From: Eledone cirrhosa
Lineage: Eukaryota
Reading direction: 5' to 3'
Assembly (NCBI GenBank): GCA_964016885.1
Contig: OZ024743.1
Coordinates: 85,932,001 to 85,996,000 of the forward strand
Length of the DNA stretch: 64,000 nucleotides
In this document: positions 54,006-64,000 of the stretch, in pieces
How the letters are laid out: each line of letters begins with the position of its first letter
Position numbering within the stretch: the stretch's first letter is position 1
Made by a program: the position numbers and the translations under genes
Notes under the pieces: generated by a model
Databases searched by the model: none
The model's input: the letters and a program-made list of their open reading frames with translations, nothing else
Told to the model about the DNA's origin: nothing

Positions 54006-54703
54006 TGCATATTTATATATCATCATCATCGTTTAACGTCTATTTCCCACGCTAGCATGGGTTAGACAGGTTGTTCCATTTGGGGCAAGTCAGGTCAGGC
54101 GACCATGCCTTACCCATATAGAACTGTTTCTGGCTTGGTTTCTACAGCTGGATGCCCTTCCTAACACCAATCACATTTACAATGTGTGCTGGGTGCTTTT
54201 TGTGACACCTACACGACCACATTACATTGTGGATGGGGCTGGGGTGCAAAGGCATCGGTGAATGGTATATATATATATACATATAATATGTTGAAAAGGT
54301 AACACACTGATGGCGCACTGTATCTCTCTCTAGTGTGTTACCTTTTCAACATATTGTATTCTAAAGTGCCCAGGATTTCCTCTCCTTTGAGCACATTATT
54401 TACAGGGAACGGCGAGAGTCTATGGTTCCGTTAATGTATCATTATATATATATATGCAGGTATATATGATGAGCTTACAGTTTCCATCTTCCAAATTTGT
54501 TCTTTCCAAGACATTAATTAGCCATCTAGAAGCTATAATAGAAGACACTTACTCAAGGTGCCATACTGTGGGATAGAACCTAAGGGTATCTGGTTGGGAA
54601 GAGAACTTCTTAACCACACAACCATGCTTATACTTTAATAGAGTATAAATAATTTGTTTTGAATTTATTAACAATCTTCATTTCTTTTTCCAGTTAATCC
54701 ATT

Positions 54704-54896
54704 ATGGAGAAAAAACCAGCTTTCTTGAAAGGATATGGTCGAGGGAGAGGTCGTGCTGTAGCTAATCCAAATACAAATGTACGAGAAAATGGAGGCAAAG
54801 GAAAACGATACAACCAAATCAATGAATCTAACAAATCTGAAGTAAATGCTGCCTGTTCTCCCAACATCCCACCTAATCCATGGCATAAAAAACCTG
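54704..54896 (+). CDS. NFXL1: NFXL1 first coding exon (exon starts at 54694)
   Basis: Acceptor tttttccag|, ATG at 54704 (MEKKPAFLKGYGRGRGR...), donor CCT G|GTATGT. Phase 1 matches the next exon. Confidence 0.8.
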
Positions 54897-55768
54897 GTAT
54901 GTAAAAAGAAAACAAAATGTTTTTTTTTTCTTTCAATTAAAAATAACTTCATTGATTTTATTGAAATATCAGAACTTGACTGACCACAACCTTTTTAGGA
55001 TGGTCACTGTTGAGATCTCTGATGTCCTCGATCCCTTAACTGCCATTTTCCTCAGCAAAATTGGGAGGATTTCACCCCCACACCACCACCACCCATTTGA
55101 GTTGGAGCATTTTAACATGTCCCCTGTACCACAACTTTACAGGGTGGACTAGGTGATTTTTGTCATGGCATCAGCACTACCACCTTACATATGACTTCAT
55201 AATTGCAGTAGATGATTTTAATGCTATTGTCCTTATATAAAATTATGTTGGAAAATTTTCATTTAAATAGGAACACTTTACTTCATAGAACCAGAGTCAG
55301 TTTTGGTTGAGTTATTATTAAAAGGGTTAAACTTAAAATCTTGATATTTGACACTGGTATTTTATTTTTCAGCTTTGCCAATTAAGGCAATTTCATCTTT
55401 TCAAGGTTGATAAAAAAAATACCAGATCAGTACTGGTGTCAATTCTTCCTTTATATATTTTTCTTACTTCCTCTTTAGCACTCTCTCTGAAAAAAATTGT
55501 CTGTGATCAAACCTGGAGAGGGATAGGTTCCACCAGGCTTTAAATGCTCAAGAAGGGACTGCACCCCTACAATTCTATCAGGTGTTACATATAACTAAGG
55601 CAAAGAGAATTGAATGATCTTTCCTTGAAATGCAACACAAAAATTATGTTGAATGCTAATTATTTTAGATTTGTTTTGAATAAATGACAATTTTTTTTAC
55701 CAATTCACTTATTTTTTCAGCATCAATAAACATTGTTTTATTTACGAAACATTTTTTTTTCTTTTTAG

Positions 55769-55957
55769 AAGTTGAGAAAAACGGAATGAAAAACAGTGCT
55801 AACGAACGCTTTCAAAAAGCTAGTTCACAAATGCAAGAATCAATTCAAAGACATTTACAGTCAGCTCCTGAGCATTTTGAGGAAAGTGATTCGTCTGAAG
55901 ATGAGTTGGCTGATAATGTATTAGATACTGTTTTTAAAGGATATTCTGGAACATACG
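55769..55957 (+). CDS. NFXL1: NFXL1 coding exon 2
   Basis: ERFQKASSQMQESIQRHL...EESDSSEDEL acidic segment. Acceptor tttttag|, donor G|GTATTG, phase 1-1. Confidence 0.85.
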
Positions 55958-57251
55958 GTATTGGTGTTTTAATTTCTCAAAAGAATCTTTTTATAGAGAA
56001 AATTATCTCTTTTGCTGTCTTATGAATTGTTTATTATTTCACCCTTTTGTAACCTTATTCATAAAGAAATCCTATATTTCAATTACTGAAGAATTTTGAG
56101 GAATTTATTGAAATTATTATTTCATTACTAAGATAGTAGTAACTTAATATGGTTCTATTTAAAGTTTTGTTGGAAGATTTTAATTTAAATAAGAAATTTT
56201 TAAAATGGGTGATTTTATTTAATAGAATTAGGGCTAGTTTTAGCTGGGTTGGTATCAAAAAGGTTAACTCTTAACATCCGGTATTGATTTAACAGAAAAT
56301 ATCTAAAAATGGGTTTGTTAATTCAAATGTTTACTATGTCTTTACTAGTGGGCAGATCATTGCAAAAAATTGCTGTATTTGAGTAAATACTTCAATTTCT
56401 ATTGAAGTATTTACTCAAATACTTCAATAGAAATTGAAGTGCAGTTTTGTACATTATAAGAATAGCTTGCTAATGTGGTACAGGATGTTAAGAGTTAATT
56501 ACCAATACCTGTTAATGGTGGAGATGGTAGCAGCTTCAGATTATGTACAGAATAAGAAATAGAAAATGTTTGTTTATTTGCCATGTGAGGGAAATATTTC
56601 AATTGAAAATCAAACTAGGTTTATAAACTCTGATAGATGTCTTCTAGATGGCTTATATCAAATAAACTATTGATTTTCTATGAATAGCCATTTTTATTTT
56701 CATCATCATCGTTTAATGCCCATTTTCCATGCTAGCATGTGTTAGACGAGTTGTCCCATTGTGAGACAGCCAGGTCAGAGGACTGTGTTTTGCTCACACA
56801 TAACTGATTTTGGCTTGGTTGAAAAATAAGCTATTGAATTGTCATTGTTGTTGGTACCCCACCAAAAAAACAACCTATTCTTAGTTTTTTTATGAACGGA
56901 ACAACCTACTCATGAAATTAATATGAAAGTGGCTGAGCATTCCACAGATATGTGCACCTTTAACATAGTTCTAAGGCAGATTCAGTGTGACACAGTATGT
57001 GACAAGGTTGACTCTTTGGATTACAAGTACAACTTGTTTTTTTCAAATTTAGTGGACTGGAGCAATGGGAAATAAAGTGCCATGCTCAAGGACACAATGT
57101 ACCACTGAGAATCAAATAAACCTGTGATTACGCAGGAGAAATTCCATAGTAACAAGATTCAAGCTTGGCCTTAATAAAGACTATGTGTATATATGACTGT
57201 TTTTGTATCTGTGTTTATATTACCTACTCTTGAACTATATATATGTGTGTT

Positions 57252-57288
<37 letters not shown>

Positions 57289-57494
57289 GTATATCTATAT
57301 ATGTGTATGTGTATATATATATATATATTTATACACTCCGTTATTTGACTATTTTATTTAGTCAAATGTTATGGCGAAGTCTTCTATTTTTATTTCAATT
57401 TTCAAGCTTCGCTCGATACTTTCTAAACATATTTATGTCTATATATATGTATATACAAATAATTATACCAGTAATTTTGTTTGTGGTGTTGTAG

Positions 57495-57607
57495 GTTCTG
57501 GTGAAGTAAATAAAGTTACCAAAGCACAAGAAGACTTACTCCAGTCATTTCGTTCCAACACTTCAGCTTGCCTAGTTTGTATTGAGTCTATTAAGAAGAC
57601 AGATGCT
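57495..57607 (+). CDS. NFXL1: NFXL1 coding exon 3 (start of RING/PHD-like finger)
   Basis: SACLVCIESIKKTDA. gtag| acceptor and |GTAAGT donor, phase 1-0. Confidence 0.9.
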
Positions 57608-59054
57608 GTAAGTTAACATTTTTTGTCAATACTGTTGCTGTTCTATTATTCCTTTGACAGTAAAGAGCTATTAAAATTCTCTTACCGCTCTAATGTTATT
57701 ATTTTACTTTTCAATATGGAACATGTAAAAGAGTATTATCATCATCATCATTTTACGTCCGCTTTTCCCTGCTTGCAAGAGTGGGACGGGAACTGATTCT
57801 GGCTTGATTTCTACAGCTGGATGCCCTTCCTAACACCAACCTCATTTACAGTGAGCGCTGGGTGCTTTTTTGCCGTGGCACCTCAACGACCACTTTTGCA
57901 GTGGAATGATAGGGACCCAGTCCCTATCATCTCATTTCTACAGCTGAGTAAACTGGAGCAATGTGAAATAAAGTGTCTTGCTCAAGGAAACAACACATCA
58001 CCCGATCTAAGAATTGAACTCACAACCTTTCGATTGCAAGGCCAATGCTCTAACCACTAAGCCATGTGCCTCCATTATATATATATTTATATGTATATAT
58101 ATATATTCATTTCATTTTACGTCCACTTTTTTCCTGCTTGCATATATGTATATATGTATATATATATGTGGATGTTCCTCAGACTTTTATAAAATAGAGT
58201 TAATAAAAAATGTCCAGAAATGCATTCTTTGTGAAAGAGTGCTCATCTAGAATGTTTTGAAGTCTCCTTCTCATGAACCAATGCCTGGAGAGGGGCCTAC
58301 ATCAGATCAACAATGATTAAACAGACCTATGGGCTACTAACAGGCAGCCTACATCGCACCCTTATCCCCTCCTATTCCCCATCATTGTCCTTCCAGGCTG
58401 ACTAAGGATACAAGCACCCTCGTAGTAAATAAAATGCACCCAGCCAATACTGGAAAGTGGAAGCACTGATGTCATGGTAAAATGCACCCAAACCAAACCC
58501 ACTCTGTAAAATAGTAGTGTTGGTGTCACAATAAAATATACCCAGCCCACCCACACTGGTACCATAAAAAAAACACCCAGTCCACAAACCACTTTACGGA
58601 AGTGTACTGGGTTATCGCTTACTGTGTGAATCTCCAATAGTAGGGAGGTTGTCATATCTATGGCACCGCTGAAGAGTCCTCTCAATCGTTTTGTCACGTG
58701 TCCGGACTGAATCTCTGTGTAGATGTTCACCTGTTTTACATCCAGCCAAAGAATATAACAACCCTCACACAATTATAGCAGTCTTGAACATGCACGTCCA
58801 CGTGGCACAGCTTCCTGGTCAAAGAGAGGCCAAAAGACCACATGCACTTCTGATGTGATGTCACTGGCAACTCGCTTCCAACAGGACTTCCCCTGCACTT
58901 CCAGCACCCTAGCCCCACACAACCCCCTGATCTCAAGGAGCAATCACCCCATCATATCACTCCATGTCAAAGTCTGTCATCCAGATATTTGTCTCGCAAA
59001 TTTTCTATAGCTGGATACCATTCATATCACCAACCACTTTACAATAAGATTATC

Positions 59055-59930
59055 AATAATAATAATAATAATAATAATGATAATAATGAAAATATTGTGT
59101 ACAGTGCTCAGATGCACTACAACTCATCAAAAGGGTATGTATAGTACATAGGGTAATGTACAAACGTCAGGAAAATGAACAGTGCATGAGTCATGATATA
59201 CACGTGTGCATGTGTATGGAAGAGGTACATCAGGTGTAGTTTTGGCGAATTTCGGGAAGCATGAGGGTTTTAAAGGATGCAGTGTCTCGGCAGCTAACAA
59301 CTGATGCAGGCAGTTTGTTCCAAGCTTCAGCAATTCTAATCATGAAAAAATGTTTCCGAAAGTCATGGGAGCTGTGCTGTTTTCTGACTTTATAGGCATG
59401 TCCATGTGTGTTAGACACATGGAGATCAAAAAGGTGCTCAGGGTTGTTGGCGAGATGGTTAATAACTTTGTGGGTGTTTACCAAGTCCATTGCCAGACGT
59501 TGGAGTTTCAATGAATCCATGCCCAGGGAAGCAAGGCGTTCAGAGTATGGTAGGTGTCTGATGGAGGGTATGCACTTGGTTGCACGTCTCTGAACAGTTT
59601 CCAGGAGGTCAATGTTCTGAGCAAGATAGGGGTTCCAGTCTGATGATGCAAATTCCAAGTGTGGTCGTACTATAGCTGTATACAGCTTTAAATAGATGGC
59701 TGGAGAACGGCTAACAAAGATTTTGCTGAGTGATGCCAAGACACCCTTGGCTTTCTTGACAATTTTAGAGATGAGCTTTGTCCAATGCAAATCGCTGCTG
59801 ACAGTTATGCCCAGGTCATGTTCACAAGAGGACTTCTTGATATCAGTGTTGTGGAGGGAGTATGTGGACGCTGGGTTTTTCCTCCCAAAATGCATGGTGG
59901 TACACTTGTCCACAGCCAGCTTCAGTTGCC
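59055..59930 (-). mobile_element. 5'-truncated CR1 LINE with (ATT)n tail in an NFXL1 intron
   Basis: KCTTMHFG..DLGITV..VRPHLEFAS..WNPY..LETVQRRATK..YSERL..RKHFF..WNKLP. Confidence 0.9.
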
Positions 59931-60004
59931 TCTCTTTTTCCCTCCTAGTCTCTTGTACTTATAACTTTACATCACACAACTATTACATTGTCTTTCGTTT
60001 GCAG

Positions 60005-60132
60005 ATTTGGTGTTGCCAGGGATGTTATTGCATATTTCACATTCAGTGTATCCAGAAGTGGGTACGAGAAGGTGTTCATCAACAAAACTTAAAACAAGAA
60101 AACATAGAAGTAATGGATATTCCTTGGTATTG
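60005..60132 (+). CDS. NFXL1: NFXL1 coding exon 4
   Basis: IWCCQGCYCIFHIQCIQKWVREG. tttgcag| acceptor and TG|GTAGGT donor, phase 0-2. Confidence 0.92.
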
Positions 60133-60332
60133 GTAGGTATTCTTATGAGATACATCTACTGTTTTCTTATTATTTCTATAATAAAATAATTTCCGATGAT
60201 TGTTTAACCCTTTTGTAGTAATGTGTTCATCAGAGTTTACAGATGAGAGTATTGTTGTTGATGTACTTTCAGGTCTTGAATAATCGTTGTCTGTTCCCTC
60301 CCCTCTTGCCGCTTATTAATTTTTCAATCCCC

Positions 60333-60363
<31 letters not shown>

Positions 60364-61591
60364 ACACTTATTCAATTTTGCTAATCTATCTCCAGCAAAA
60401 TTTTATTGTGATTCATATTGATACAGCACCTGGAGAATCTAATAATAATTTTATTTTACATTAAAAAAAACACTATCATCATCATCATCATCATCTTCGT
60501 TTAACGTCCATTTTCCACGCTAGCATGGGTTTGACAAAAAAAGAACATTACAAGAAATCCCATATTTACAAATGTACACTATACAATTACCAATCTCCCT
60601 CCTCCCCTCGGTTATAAGAATTTAAGCAAAAATCCAATCCCCAAACCCCATTATTTGGGATCCGAGAGTGCCTGTATTTAGATATAGTAGAATTTGTCAG
60701 TATCATCTATTACAGCAAGACAGTGTGAATGTGAATATACAGCTTTACTAAACTGGTAGCATGGCTTGGCTAAAGTAAGGCCCGCCATTGAGAGATGCAA
60801 GCCAAGAAAGCTTGGCTTATAAACCTCTAAGTTTTGTCATAGCTCTTTTCAACTCAATTAACAAATATGGCATATGATACAAAATATGCTGACATGCTGC
60901 ACTTTTGTACCACAGCAAATTTGACCCTGGAATAAATCGACTACAACTCTTTTGTATCCATATTTCTAGTGAAAGACACTGCTTATGTTTTCAAATCATT
61001 TTGAAATAGCCCACAATTTGGATAGATTTAGTAGTATAAATAACGTTCTTAAGCCGGTGTTTGGCACATAACAAATGTTCTTACTTAAATTTATGAAGAT
61101 CCATGTGCTATGAATTCAAAACCTGAGGTCAACTTTGCCTTTCATCCTTTGAAGGTGATAAAAAAAAGTGCCAGTCCAATACCCTGGTTAATTCTTCCTC
61201 TATATCTCTTTCTCTTTCCTCGCTATCATTTTCTCTTATCTGGGAGAAATCAGATGTGTTCAGACCTTGATAAAGGATGGGCTCTGCCAGGTTTAAAATT
61301 CCCCCAATTCCTTGAGGAGTTGTGGGTCAATATATAGCATGTTTAGAGTACTGAACTGTGGTTTGATACATCCATAATATTAAGTCTCCATAGTACAACA
61401 CACACACCATTCTATCTAATAATAAAAATCAATATATCTTTAACTTTCAATTAATCACTTAAGATTTATGAATTTTTCAAATTTTCAAATGAAAATTTCT
61501 ATTGTATATTGTTGAACTGATTTTGTAGTTTCTGAACTTCATTCATATTTTGAACTTTAATAAATTGCTGTCTTTCTCTTTTTTCTTTTAG

Positions 61592-61770
61592 TCCAAAATG
61601 TCGGTTTGAATACAAACAGAAAGACTGTCCTATACGTTATAGATGTTTCTGTGGTCAAGTTGAAGACCCAGCTTTTGATCCGTGGTTAGTACCACACTCT
61701 TGTGGACAAACATGTGGGAAAGAACTAAAACCTCTCTGTGGACATTGTTGTTTATTACTCTGCCATCCAG
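61592..61770 (+). CDS. NFXL1: NFXL1 coding exon 5 (absent from the ORF track)
   Basis: Hand translation: [60 protein letters not shown], typical of NFXL1. Phase 2-1. Confidence 0.95.
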
Positions 61771-62409
61771 GTGATTAATCTAACAAATATATATGATTAA
61801 ATCTCCTAAAGTCATTTTCTATCTAACCCCTTTTCGAGTGTAGAGGGAAAAATTATGCACTCAATGATTCTAGTTAAAATTTTCTAGTTTCCAATAACAA
61901 TAATAATAATGCTTCAAACAATTTGCTTCTTTTGAATATTTACCTTACCAATTAAAACTTTGATGATGATTTTGGAGGAGGAACTCATTTCTTCTTTAAA
62001 GTTTTACACTTTGTAATGATTTAGCAGAAAATATTAAAAAAATGGGCTTGTTAATTCTAATGTTTATAATATCTTTACTAGTAGTCAGATTGTTGTAAAA
62101 ATTTGTAATGTTGAAGCAAAGACATCAGTTTTTGATGCAATCATAGTGCTGTTTTCTACTTTTAAAGAATGTTTTGCTAATGCAATTTCATGCAATACAT
62201 TTAAGAGTTAAAATAGATGGTAATATCTTTTCTTCATAAATTCATAACGTCCCCACCCGCCAATAAAAAAGAAAACATAGTTAACAGAGTGCATTATATA
62301 ATGTTTGTAATATTTGTTCTTGTTCAAAATATATTCTGACATCTTTTGTTTGTAAATTCATAGCATTTTCTCTTATTTGAATATATTTATACTAATATTT
62401 GTTCCCTAG

Positions 62410-62571
62410 GTCCTTGTCCTCCATGTCCCAAAGTTTTGAAGGCTCTCTGCCATTGCCAACGCTCTCCAGCCAAAATGCGACGCTGCTCTGATAAAATATG
62501 GTCCTGTGGGCAAGCTTGTGAACGCCTGTTGCTCTGTAAACAACATTACTGTCAGCAACCATGTCATGAAG
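62410..62571 (+). CDS. NFXL1: NFXL1 coding exon 6 (NF-X1 zinc finger)
   Basis: GPCPPCPKVLKALCHC...WSCGQACERLLLCKQHYCQQPCHE. cctag| acceptor and G|GTAAGC donor. Confidence 0.93.
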
Positions 62572-63375
62572 GTAAGCATATTATTATTGTCACCACCATT
62601 TTATGTTTGATTTCCATGCTGGTGTGGGTTGGATAGGTTGTCACTTTCTCAGATTAGACAGGTCAGATGAACATGTCTTGCTCATATGTTTCAATTCAGT
62701 ATAGTGCCTATAGCTGGATGTCCTTACAGTTTGTATTGAGTACAATTTATTATGGAACCAACAGTGTGGGCAGGGTTCATTTTATTGTGACACTAGCACT
62801 TTTTACAGAGTGGACTGGGTGTATTTTACCATGATATCAGCACTATAATTTTACTGTGTATACTCAGTGCATTTTGTAGTAATGAAGATAGTATAGATGA
62901 AGATAGAAATAAAGAACAGAGAACAACTATACACACAAAGTCACATACACTGACATTGTAAGTTTAATGAGAAGGTATACATTCACTTGTCTCTTCTTTA
63001 GATATAAAGAAAAGTAATAAAATAATTCAGCAAATTATATATCAAAATCTAGTTTATTTATAAACCAATAGCCTATAATATAATTGGATTGATTGTTGAT
63101 AATATTTTATTTTACTTATGAAGGGTGGTGGATTGGTAGAATTGTTTGTACATGGGATCAAATGCCATTGCAGTATTTGTTCTGGCTCTTGACATTCTGA
63201 ATTAAAATTCTACTAAGGTCAACTTAGCCTTTCATCCTTCTGTATCAATAAAATAAAGTACCAATCAAGTATTGGGGTTGATTTAATCAACTTTGCCCAT
63301 CCCTGACAAAATTTACTGGCCTTGTGCCTAAATTAGAAATCAATATTTTATTATACTTTCCTTTAATTTATTTAG

Positions 63376-63476
63376 GGGACTGTCCACCATGTCCTAAAAC
63401 CAGCCAGCAGAAGTGTCTTTGTGGCCAAGAGACTGATATTCGCCCCTGTGCTACACCACAGTGGCAATGTGAAAAG
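63376..63476 (+). CDS. NFXL1: NFXL1 coding exon 7; gene continues beyond the window
   Basis: [34 protein letters not shown]. tttag| acceptor and |GTAAAC donor. Confidence 0.9.
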
Positions 63477-64000
63477 GTAAACTGCAGTTTAATGTTGTTG
63501 TTGTCATCATCATTATGGTGATATCTCACTGTTTTTGTTTAACTTTTGCACTTTGTAAAGTGATTTTATGTATTAGATGTTCCTAATGTTATTCTGTGTG
63601 AAATATGAGTAAGCAGTTTAATAAACTCTGATGACACCTGTGCTGAATTACAAATCAGAAGTTAGATTATAACTCACTATAAGTAGTTTTACACAGGTAG
63701 AAACAATTGTTGGTTTAAAAATGCTTTAAATCTTTGGTGTTATTTAAACTTTTAATATATATATATATATATATTGATGCTTGTATACGAACAGCAATGT
63801 TACATGGCAGTGAGACATGGGCATTGTGTGCAGAGGACCTGCACAGATTGGAAAGGAACAAAGCATGCATGTTCCGTTGGATGTGTAATAGTAATATACG
63901 TGAACGGCAAAGCATAAATGAACTAAGTGAGAAATTAGGAATAAGAGGGATCAGATGATGTTTAGTCGAAAGAAGACTACGTTGGTATGGTCATGTGATG

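Noticed and set aside
58240-58312. Hammerhead-like motif on the minus strand (CTGATGT...CAAAA)
   Set aside because: Both core segments are mutated, so it is too degenerate to call.

Overview
AT-rich, repeat-dense eukaryotic DNA. The mix of repeats (RTE LINEs, tRNA-derived SINEs, Penelope elements, kilobase TA microsatellites) suggests a cephalopod mollusc such as octopus; this is an inference. The window holds the 5' halves of two spliced genes arranged head-to-head. A UBE3A/E6AP ortholog lies on the minus strand: AZUL exon 10519-10973, large exon 5725-6983, and HECT exons presumably left of the window. An NFXL1 ortholog lies on the plus strand with seven phase-compatible coding exons between 54704 and 63476. 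I propose a bidirectional promoter near 47.5-47.8 kb, with a UBE3A first coding exon at 47437-47486 and a second phase-compatible start exon at 14253-14575. The intervening DNA holds RTE, CR1-like, Penelope, mariner, MITE, SINE and Helentron-type elements and a 200-N gap. The top leads are: (1) a CR1-like LINE whose AUG-less ORF2 is reachable by a -1 frameshift at an in-frame U UUU UUA slippery site; (2) several type I hammerhead ribozyme motifs, two with intact cores; (3) a multi-stem structured element ending in a splice donor, antisense to UBE3A; (4) alternative UBE3A N-termini. All structures and splice models were read by eye and none was computed.
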